Shown here in pieces: positions 38,163 through 46,330 of a stretch of 64,000 nucleotides of DNA. Origin of the DNA: Chitinophagaceae bacterium (lineage in GTDB: Bacteria; Bacteroidota; Bacteroidia; Chitinophagales; JADJOU01); NCBI GenBank assembly GCA_017495115.1, contig JAFEIJ010000005.1, positions 93,423 through 157,422 on the forward strand, read 5' to 3'. Under the pieces are notes generated by a model. It was not told the origin of the DNA, did no database searches, and saw only the letters and a program-made list of their open reading frames with translations. The stretch's first letter is position 1. The number at the start of each line of letters is the position of its first letter. The position numbers and the translations under genes were made by a program.

Positions 38163-41100
38163 TTATCGTTGAATTTGGACCTTAATGCCTTGTGTATGTG
38201 CCGAAAATTCGGGTGCATACATATTTTGGATGGTGGTGATGCCATTTGAAAATGTCCCTGCATTATTGGCCTTGACATCATATTCAAAAACATAAACACC
38301 AGGCTGCATATAACTGATGAAAAAATTGGTTGATGCATCACGCGTACTTTCATAATATCCCAAACCATCTTTCCATTTATAGCTCGAAAACACATTTATA
38401 GGTTCAAATCCACTGGCTCGCATATCTTTTAGGTGGATATAACTCAAGTCTCTATCCGTTTGCAAAACACAACGTACCGTTAAAAGATCGCCCACTTTTA
38501 TCGGTGTAGATTCTGTTATGGGTTGTAGCTGAACGCCTTTATCTGTATAGGTTTTTAGATAAAGTTCTTTTTTGATTTTGAGGTTGGTTTGTGCAGGCGT
38601 AATTTTGTCTAACTGCTCAAAATACTGCCAAAACAATCCTCCATATAGAACTCCAGGGCTTTTTTTCTCCACGTCTATCGTCGCAAGCGAGGGTTGAATA
38701 TCCGCACCCTTCCAGCTTTTCTTGAAATATCCCGACACGTTGATTTCACTAGGATTGTTGGCACTTTTAGGAGGATAAACGGTTTCGCTTCCAGCTTTTA
38801 CCGTGATGCCTTCTTCGGCATTGAGCCAACTTTTCCCTAATGTAAACAGAGCATATACCGCTTCTGTCGTGGCTTTGGTACTCGACCAGCGATTGTTTTG
38901 TTTGTTTTTGATGAGCCAAACTTTCATCGCTTCCACACTTTTTTCATCTTTTGCAATTTCATCATAAGCTTCTATCAACATCGTTTGTGTTTCGATAGGC
39001 GCTTGATACCAATACCATCCCGAAACGTTATCCTTCCAGTATTTCCCCATTTCGTCACTTTCTACACTTCTTTCATCAATGGAGTGTACGATTTTAGAGG
39101 CTTCTTTCGCTCTTCCAAAACGATTTAGCGTAAGCGCAAGCATTGCTCGGTAGCTCAATCCTGATTTAGATTCTTCCAGCATCATTTCATTGAACACTTC
39201 ATTTTGAATAGAGCGATAAGATGCTGGCATTGGGTTGTTTTCTATCCAAAAACTGCGCACATAAAAATAATGTAGCATCGAATAATAAAGCGATGGGCGA
39301 TCTTTTTTCTTGGTACGATTCCATTCTGCCAACATAGATGCATCGCTGTAAGCAATAGCTTTGTACACCAAAGATTGAATATCTTCTCCTAAAAGATTGG
39401 ATGAATTAGCACCCAACATTTTCTGTAATTTACCAAATCCTCCAATGATATGATTTGTGATATAAACATCCTCTCGGCCTCCTTCAAACCACGCAAAAGC
39501 ACCGTTGGGTTGCTGGCGTTTCAAGAGTTTTTCCTTTGCTTGTTGTAGTTCTTGACTCATTGTATTTAGGTCAAAAAAGAGCGCAATACGTTGCATTTGC
39601 TCCGTTTCCGATTGTGCTTGGCGTAACCAAGGAGTTTCTTCCAGTAACAAGGCTTTAAGTTCTTGATTTTTTTCAAGATTTGATATTTGAAGTCCTTTCT
39701 CATTCCATTGGTCAAACACTTTTTTAATCTTTGGCGATTGATTGAGCACCGCAGTTGAAATGGCATTTCCATACAAACGACTAAAAAGCTGCTCACTACA
39801 TTCATAAGGATATTCTCTGAGGTAAGGCAATGCCCCGATGACCGTCCAGAGTGGATTGGTCGTTAGTTCCAAGGTAAGATTAAAGTTTTGAAGCGATGAT
39901 GAACTGTTATTTTTCAATTTCTCAAGCAAAAACGTCTTCGATTGATTTTCTCTTACGGAAATAGGCAACGTCTCTGTTACCAACATACGATTGGTAAGAA
40001 TAGGCAAGGTGTTCTCTTCTCCATCGCTGAAATTACCTGATTTTGCCACGACTCTATACACTACTGCCTGATGCGTATAAGGTATCGTTACTTGCCAGTC
40101 GATATTCGTGTTCTCGCCTGCTTTTACCTCAAAGGTTTTGCGCGCATTTGTATTGTTAAAGGCTGCATCGATGGGTTTCATCGTAAACGCATCAAACCAT
40201 TGTAGTTCCACTTCGCCCGTCAGATTTATGTCACTTAAGTTCGATATTTTTGAGCTGAAGGTCAGTTGGTCGCCTTCCCGAAGAAAACGAGGCGCATTCG
40301 GAACTACCATAAGGTCTTTCTGTGTCTGCACTTCGGACTTAAATAACCCATATTCAAGCTCTTGGGTATGAGCCAATAGCTGAAACTTCCATTTGGTCAG
40401 CGCTTCGGGTGAGGTAAATTGTATTTTTACATTTCCCTCTGCATCCGTCATCAAGGTAGGAAAGAAAAATGCGGTTTCGTTCAGATTGGTTCGAATTTTG
40501 ACTTGTGAGAGGTCTTCGGATTTTCCATATTTTGCAGGTACACCAAAAGATACTTTTTCTTTTTGAGAAATAGCTGATGGTGGTATAGATGCACTACCGG
40601 TTATTTTGATTCCATCAATAAAAACAACATTTTCATCAGATCTACCCCTATCCATATTCATTTCTGATGGTGCAGCGGCCATAGCCATACTTTTATACAT
40701 TATTTTATCTCTACCATAATTGTCCCCCATACGGAATTCAAAGAAGTTTATAGCATTGATTTTTTCATTTATAAACCGTGGATAGTGTGTTTGGCTATAT
40801 CTAGAAATAGGATTTAAATAATTGACTTTATTATTAATATTATCTGTTTTATAAAAATAAATATTATGTGTAGGAAAAAAAATTTGTGGATTGAATTTAA
40901 AATTATTACACACTAACTTATCTAAACTGGCATCATACATAGTCGCAAGAACTTCAGCGAATATTTTTTCTTTATCTTTTCCAGAAATGTTCAGTTCCCA
41001 AGTTTCTTTGTTTCCTGGTAGCAATTTGTTTCTGAAGGTTTTTGTTTTTATTTTTAGCCTATAGTTTTTTTTGGGATACACAAATTGATTTTCAGTACGA

Positions 41101-44100
41101 CTTACCATTGCGTTTTCAGCCACAAAATAATAAGCAATTTTCAGCCCTAAGTCTTCGTTTTCTCTAATAGGAAACTCATAGACAGCTGTTCCGTTTTGTA
41201 ACTTAATCGTTTTTTTATCTATAAGTTTATTATCATTTGACAAACCCACATATATTGTTCCTTGTTCTAATCCTGAATTAAAAGTAACTTTAGCATTGTC
41301 TCCGATTTCATAATAATAGTTATCCATTGTAAATCTTAAAAACTCGTGATTCAAGATTCTTTGGGTCTTAGGGTCATTAAGCTGAAATTCTTTGGACGCG
41401 GTAATTGTATCTTTTTCATAGACTGTTGACAACTCTGCTATATAAATCCCCGAGCTTAAATTTTTTAAATTCAACGCAACGCTGTCGGACAGTTTTGTGT
41501 CAAAAGGCGCTTCAAAAACCAGTTTGCGTTCCCAATTTTTTGAATCTTGTTTGGCTTTATCATAAATTTCAAATGGAAAATTTTTGGAATATGCTTCTTC
41601 TTCCATCGATTGATAATCCGCTTCCAAGCCTAAGCTATTTGGTTTAAAAGTCTTTTTAGGCTCTATCAAATGATATATTTTCAAAATTCCTTTTGCAGGA
41701 GCAAATTGTCCATTGAGGTTTTCGGTTTTAATTTTCACGCGCTTCCAGTCTTGTGTTGTAGGAATCAAATCCCTTAAAACACTCAACTTTAAAGGTACAT
41801 CTCCTGCCACAACAGTACTTTCGGTAGATTGCGTTTCGCCATTGATGTCCGTAACTTCTATTTGCAGTTCATACAAATAGCTTCTAGGCATTTTTTCCCT
41901 TTCTTTCTTAGTTTTCGTTTCAAACTCAATCACAAAATTTCCTTTGTCATCTGTTTTGGTTTCACCTTGTTCTATTTCTTCTGCTTCGGAGGCCCTTGGA
42001 TACCACCATCCGCCACCTCTCCAATGCCAAGGCATATCATAGAAAAATTCTTCTTTGCGCACGATGCGATATTTAACTTTTGCATCCGTAATTTTTGCAC
42101 CTGAAAAAGCTTCTGCAAACCCCGAAACCGCTATTTTTTTATCTAATTGAAAATTCTCTTTATACTCATTCATCCATACTTCAAATTTGGGACGCTTGTA
42201 TTCTTCTACTTTTAAGTCTTTATTTCCAATTGAACCATTTGATTCGTCATTTTCGTGTATTAAAATATGAAAATTTCCCGTTATGCCATCTTTTGGTAAA
42301 ACAAATTGTCCATTTACGGAACCAAATTCATTGGTTATTAAATCTAACTTGCCTATTTCTTTATAATTTGCATTTTTCAACACCACTTGTACCGCAGTTT
42401 TTTTCATAACTTTAGCCGTATTTTTAAATTTACTATACACTATGGCTTTGAAATAAACCGTCTGAGTAGGTCGATAAATGGCGCGGTCTAGAAATATATC
42501 TGCTTGTTTTCTCTCAGTTTCGTTGCGGTCATAATATCCATTATAATATTGATTTCCAATATGAAGTAACTCTTTTAGGTTTTGATTATAAATCCAGAAG
42601 TCGTTGTCATTATATTGATGTTGGTGAATGCCTAGTTTTGTATAGGGAATATTGAGATATCCGCCTTCATCTGTTTTTTCGGTAGCTACTTTTTCATTTT
42701 TTTTATAAAAATCGAAGGTATGATTAGTTAACGGCACACCTGTTTTTCTATGAACAAAATGATATTTCAAGAATTGACTGCTTTTTTCATCAGTGTGATC
42801 TTTGTTTTCAAGAAGCAATATATTACTTACTTCAAATTGTGCATAATTTACAAAAAAATTATCGTCATTTGCTTCAAAGGTTTTATTGTTTGAAATAGCT
42901 ATGGCATATCTTCCCACAGGTAATGATTCTAATTTATAAATAGCGCTGTGTTCTTCATAATCTTGAAATTCTTTTACAGTAAAGGAAATGGTGCGCTCAA
43001 TGGTTCCATTTGTATTTATCTTATTTTTTTCAATATTAAATCTTTTTTGATTTATTGTATTTGGCGTTTCTGTCAAATTGTAGATTCGCACAAATACTTT
43101 CTCTATATTTTTATGGGTAATCAAAATTGGAATGGGCTGATTGGGCAGCTCTACTTGTTCCATTTTGAGCGTTGCCCACGACCAAAGTATCGATTTTTCA
43201 ACTTCTTTGACATTCTGTAGCCATTTTGATTTTGGGTATTTTTGAATCGTTTCTCTACAAATTTTTAAGGCTTTTTCTTTATTCGTTGCTGTATAAATAT
43301 TTGCAATTTCGGCATAAATCGCCGCATTAAAATCTTCTTGCGGATATTCCATCGCTAATTGTGTCAACTCTCCAATGTTGGACAGGTTTTTTTCAATGCC
43401 TGCCATACGCCAGTTCAAGGATGGCGCAATATTCCCTTTAGCACGATGCATTTGCGCGAGTTCGTATCTTTTTTCATTGAGCCGTTGTTTGTTCAAAGCT
43501 TCTTCCTTATCCTGTAATCCAAAAAGGTCTTCTTGATAAAAAAAAGACGTATTCCAAAGCATCATATCGTATAGCGTAGGTTTGAGTTCGTTGATTTCTT
43601 TGGGGCTGATAATTTCTTTCCAATCAGCAAATGAGGCTTCAAATAATTTATTTTTATCTTGAATCGAGTTTTTATACAGGCTGTCTATTTGCTCATAAAA
43701 ATCGCGTTTTGTCCATTCTCTAAAATCGGTTACTTTCCCCGCAACCTTTGTTCTTTCTCTTATTTGCCATTGTTTACTATTATAGTATTGATAAAACATC
43801 TGCCCCAGAATATTTTGCAGTAAGGCTTTTTTCACACCATCGCTTTCTGCTATTTCTTGTGTGAAATTTTTTATAATCACCACATCGGGTTCTTCTTTTT
43901 CTTCAAGGGTTTCGTAGAAAATTTTGGATTGAAAAAACAAGGCTTTTATCGTGTGTGCATCTTGTTTGTCTTTTCTAGATTGCACCAAAATTTCATTGAC
44001 TAAATTCAAATTTGATTTGAATTCGCCTTTTTCTTCTTTTTTTTCAATTTCTTTCCATTTTGCATCATAGTTGTAGGGCTGCGCAAATGCGTTGAGAAAC

Positions 44101-44138
44101 GAAAAGCAAAAAGCGAGTGAAAAAGATAGTATATTCAT
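38163..44138 (-). CDS. Alpha-2-macroglobulin family protein (bacterial A2M) with a thioester motif
   Basis: 1991 aa. Signal peptide MNILSFSLAFCFSFLNAFAQ. Repeated MG-like beta domains. LREYPYECSEQLFSRLYG contains the CxEQ thioester motif. Alpha-helical TED-like region, then a C-terminal receptor-binding-like domain. Confidence 0.85.
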   Translation of the reverse strand: MNILSFSLAFCFSFLNAFAQPYNYDAKWKEIEKKEEKGEFKSNLNLVNEILVQSRKDKQDAHTIKALFFQSKIFYETLEEKEEPDVVIIKNFTQEIAESDGVKKALLQNILGQMFYQYYNSKQWQIRERTKVAGKVTDFREWTKRDFYEQIDSLYKNSIQDKNKLFEASFADWKEIISPKEINELKPTLYDMMLWNTSFFYQEDLFGLQDKEEALNKQRLNEKRYELAQMHRAKGNIAPSLNWRMAGIEKNLSNIGELTQLAMEYPQEDFNAAIYAEIANIYTATNKEKALKICRETIQKYPKSKWLQNVKEVEKSILWSWATLKMEQVELPNQPIPILITHKNIEKVFVRIYNLTETPNTINQKRFNIEKNKINTNGTIERTISFTVKEFQDYEEHSAIYKLESLPVGRYAIAISNNKTFEANDDNFFVNYAQFEVSNILLLENKDHTDEKSSQFLKYHFVHRKTGVPLTNHTFDFYKKNEKVATEKTDEGGYLNIPYTKLGIHQHQYNDNDFWIYNQNLKELLHIGNQYYNGYYDRNETERKQADIFLDRAIYRPTQTVYFKAIVYSKFKNTAKVMKKTAVQVVLKNANYKEIGKLDLITNEFGSVNGQFVLPKDGITGNFHILIHENDESNGSIGNKDLKVEEYKRPKFEVWMNEYKENFQLDKKIAVSGFAEAFSGAKITDAKVKYRIVRKEEFFYDMPWHWRGGGWWYPRASEAEEIEQGETKTDDKGNFVIEFETKTKKEREKMPRSYLYELQIEVTDINGETQSTESTVVAGDVPLKLSVLRDLIPTTQDWKRVKIKTENLNGQFAPAKGILKIYHLIEPKKTFKPNSLGLEADYQSMEEEAYSKNFPFEIYDKAKQDSKNWERKLVFEAPFDTKLSDSVALNLKNLSSGIYIAELSTVYEKDTITASKEFQLNDPKTQRILNHEFLRFTMDNYYYEIGDNAKVTFNSGLEQGTIYVGLSNDNKLIDKKTIKLQNGTAVYEFPIRENEDLGLKIAYYFVAENAMVSRTENQFVYPKKNYRLKIKTKTFRNKLLPGNKETWELNISGKDKEKIFAEVLATMYDASLDKLVCNNFKFNPQIFFPTHNIYFYKTDNINNKVNYLNPISRYSQTHYPRFINEKINAINFFEFRMGDNYGRDKIMYKSMAMAAAPSEMNMDRGRSDENVVFIDGIKITGSASIPPSAISQKEKVSFGVPAKYGKSEDLSQVKIRTNLNETAFFFPTLMTDAEGNVKIQFTSPEALTKWKFQLLAHTQELEYGLFKSEVQTQKDLMVVPNAPRFLREGDQLTFSSKISNLSDINLTGEVELQWFDAFTMKPIDAAFNNTNARKTFEVKAGENTNIDWQVTIPYTHQAVVYRVVAKSGNFSDGEENTLPILTNRMLVTETLPISVRENQSKTFLLEKLKNNSSSSLQNFNLTLELTTNPLWTVIGALPYLREYPYECSEQLFSRLYGNAISTAVLNQSPKIKKVFDQWNEKGLQISNLEKNQELKALLLEETPWLRQAQSETEQMQRIALFFDLNTMSQELQQAKEKLLKRQQPNGAFAWFEGGREDVYITNHIIGGFGKLQKMLGANSSNLLGEDIQSLVYKAIAYSDASMLAEWNRTKKKDRPSLYYSMLHYFYVRSFWIENNPMPASYRSIQNEVFNEMMLEESKSGLSYRAMLALTLNRFGRAKEASKIVHSIDERSVESDEMGKYWKDNVSGWYWYQAPIETQTMLIEAYDEIAKDEKSVEAMKVWLIKNKQNNRWSSTKATTEAVYALFTLGKSWLNAEEGITVKAGSETVYPPKSANNPSEINVSGYFKKSWKGADIQPSLATIDVEKKSPGVLYGGLFWQYFEQLDKITPAQTNLKIKKELYLKTYTDKGVQLQPITESTPIKVGDLLTVRCVLQTDRDLSYIHLKDMRASGFEPINVFSSYKWKDGLGYYESTRDASTNFFISYMQPGVYVFEYDVKANNAGTFSNGITTIQNMYAPEFSAHTQGIKVQIQR

Positions 44139-44412
44139 TATTTAGTTTTTAGATTAACTTTTAATTTTACTTTGATGCATAAAATTAAGAAACGTTTATT
44201 CAATTGTTATTATTTTAACCCATATTAACCAATTTAAAATGATTGAAGCCATCCGCGTATATATTTTATTAATTTCAATTTTTATTCAATAAAAGGCTTC
44301 TTTTTTATAATTCTGATTAATTTTTTATATCAAAGCAGTTTAATTTTGAAAAAAATGCCACTTTTTTACACCATACTTATCAACATATGTGAACAAAATA
44401 TGGGATTTTTGA

Positions 44413-44421
44413 TGTGGATAA
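44413..44421 (-). promoter_or_regulatory. Perfect DnaA-box consensus (TTATCCACA on the minus strand)
   Basis: The + strand reads TGTGGATAA. Confidence 0.5.
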
Positions 44422-44493
44422 AATAAAATTCATAAAATCAATTATAGGTTAAATTTGTCACTGTAATACTAGTAAAATTAATCACTTTGAAAA

Positions 44494-44502
44494 TTATCCA
44501 CA
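44494..44502 (+). promoter_or_regulatory. Perfect DnaA-box consensus (TTATCCACA)
   Basis: Read directly. It is in the opposite orientation to the box at 44413, with starts 81 bp apart. Confidence 0.5.
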
Positions 44503-44553
44503 TAAAATAAACATTTTAAATTTCATTTTGTTGAAATTTTTATTGAAAAAAAG

Positions 44554-44599
44554 GTGGGAAAATGTGTGAACTTTATTACAAAAAGTGTAATTTTGTGGA
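44554..44599 (+). promoter_or_regulatory. Candidate MraZ operator: four GTG[G/T]N boxes in two 10-bp-phased pairs
   Basis: GTGGG at 44554, GTGTG at 44564, GTGTA at 44585 and GTGGA at 44595. The boxes overlap the -7 element just upstream of mraZ. Confidence 0.4.
44588..44595 (+). promoter_or_regulatory. Candidate -7 promoter element (TAATTTTG) for the dcw operon
   Basis: TAnnTTTG match 19 nt upstream of the mraZ ATG. Confidence 0.4.
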
Positions 44600-44614
44600 A
44601 ATTTTATATCACAA

Positions 44615-45073
44615 ATGGCTTTTTTAGGTGAAAGTTTTATTAAAATAGACGATAAGGGCAGGTTGAGAATACCTACAGCTCTTAAAGAAAGTCTATCTGA
44701 ACAAGCTCACAACAAATTTGTTGTGAATCGTGGTTTTGAAAACTGTCTAACACTTTATCCTTATGATGTATGGGGAACCGTAAAAGCTAAAATAGATACC
44801 CTTAATACTTTTAATAAAGAGCAAAGAGAATTTGTAAGAATATTTTATAGTGGCGCCACAGAGTTGGTTTTAGATACTGGCGATCGTATTAATATATCAA
44901 AACAGTTGCTTGAATATGCTGGAATAACTAAAGAAGTCGTTTTGACTCCGGTTAAAAATTACTATGAAATATGGGATAGTAAAACATATAATGACCGCAT
45001 GGCTAAGTTAAATAGTGCAAGTTTTGAAGAGTTGGCTGAGAAAGTAATGGGAAATTTTAATCTTGATATATAA
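44615..45073 (+). CDS. mraZ: Transcriptional regulator MraZ
   Basis: Tandem SpoVT/AbrB-like halves, each with a DxxGR motif: IDDKGRLRIP in the first, LDTGDRINI in the second. First gene of the dcw cluster. Confidence 0.92.
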   Translation: MAFLGESFIKIDDKGRLRIPTALKESLSEQAHNKFVVNRGFENCLTLYPYDVWGTVKAKIDTLNTFNKEQREFVRIFYSGATELVLDTGDRINISKQLLEYAGITKEVVLTPVKNYYEIWDSKTYNDRMAKLNSASFEELAEKVMGNFNLDI

Positions 45074-45081
45074 TTGATATA

Positions 45082-45990
45082 ATGGAAAGTACCTATCATA
45101 AAAGTGTTTTATTGGATGAATCCATTGAAGCTCTTAAGCTCCAACATGAAGGTATCTATGTTGACCTTACTTTTGGTGGTGGAGGTCATTCTAAAGCAAT
45201 ATTAAATCAATTAGGAGAACATGGAAAATTGTATTCTTTTGATCAAGATGAATTTGCCATAAAAAATAAAATTGAAGACTCCAGATGTATTTTGATTCGC
45301 GAAAATTTTGAAAACGCAGCAGACTATTTATTAGCAATTGGAGTAGAACAAGTTGATGGCGTTTTGGCTGACTTAGGTGTAAGTAGTTTTCAATTTGATC
45401 ATGACGCCAGTGGGTTTTCATTTAGAGATGGCATCGATTTAGATATGCGAATGGATAAAAGAAGTATGTTGACTGCAAAAGATATATTGAACACCTATTC
45501 TCATGATCAGTTACAAAAAATATTTCAAGAATATGGCGAAGTTCGCAATTCAAAAACTTTAGCTAATAGAATAGTAGAATTTCGAATGATTTCTAAATTT
45601 GAAAAATCAAATGATTTAAATCAAATATTGGATTCCATCAAATTTGGATATTTTACTAGTTATGCAGCGCCTGTTTATCAAGCGTTACGAATGGAAGTAA
45701 ATAAAGAAACGGATGTTTTAAAAAACATGTTGCAGTCAATTATTCCAATTATTAAATCTGGAGGTCGATTGGCAATCATTACATTTCATTCTTTAGAGGA
45801 TCGAATTGTGAAAAACTTTATGAAGTATGGGGATTTTGAGAATACTCCAGAAACGGATGATTTATTTGGTAAAAAGAAAAAATTGAATTGGAAATTGGTT
45901 CATAAAAAACCGATTGAACCTCAGAAAGAAGAAGTTAAGCGTAATTCAAGAAGTAGGAGTGCAAAATTAAGAGTAATAGAAATAAACTAA
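45082..45990 (+). CDS. rsmH: 16S rRNA (cytosine1402-N4)-methyltransferase
   Basis: HKSVLLDE...YVDLTFGGGGHS...DLGVSSFQFD...FHSLEDR motifs. Confidence 0.95.
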   Translation: MESTYHKSVLLDESIEALKLQHEGIYVDLTFGGGGHSKAILNQLGEHGKLYSFDQDEFAIKNKIEDSRCILIRENFENAADYLLAIGVEQVDGVLADLGVSSFQFDHDASGFSFRDGIDLDMRMDKRSMLTAKDILNTYSHDQLQKIFQEYGEVRNSKTLANRIVEFRMISKFEKSNDLNQILDSIKFGYFTSYAAPVYQALRMEVNKETDVLKNMLQSIIPIIKSGGRLAIITFHSLEDRIVKNFMKYGDFENTPETDDLFGKKKKLNWKLVHKKPIEPQKEEVKRNSRSRSAKLRVIEIN

Positions 45991-45993
45991 GAT

Positions 45994-46326
45994 ATGGAGT
46001 CGAATCCTTTTTCTTTACGAATACTAATTGAAAGTCTACTTATGTGGACTAGAGAAAATCTGTTGTATTTGATTTTTCTATTTGTTTTAAGTATGGTTTA
46101 TATTTTAAATAATCATTGGGCGGTTAAACAAGTTCGATTAATTAATAAAAAATCGAAAGAATTAAAAGAGATTCGATGGGAATATTTGAGTAAAAAAAGT
46201 GACTTGATGTATAAAAGTAAACTCACTGAAGTACTTCCTATGGCGGAACAAATGGGCTTAAAACAATTAGAAAATCCACCTTTTATAATAAAATTAAAAA
46301 AAGAAGATTATCAGAACCAAAAGTGA
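45994..46326 (+). CDS. ftsL: FtsL-like cell division protein
   Basis: 110 aa with a single TM helix then a coiled-coil-like region. Conserved position between rsmH and ftsI. Confidence 0.65.
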   Translation: MESNPFSLRILIESLLMWTRENLLYLIFLFVLSMVYILNNHWAVKQVRLINKKSKELKEIRWEYLSKKSDLMYKSKLTEVLPMAEQMGLKQLENPPFIIKLKKEDYQNQK

Positions 46327-46330
46327 AATT

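Noticed and set aside
38138-38395. 85-aa minus-strand ORF in an alternative frame
   Set aside because: It is fully nested in the C-terminal coding region of the alpha-2-macroglobulin gene, which shows strong domain-level coherence. The same applies to the other short ORFs inside 38163-44138 on either strand.
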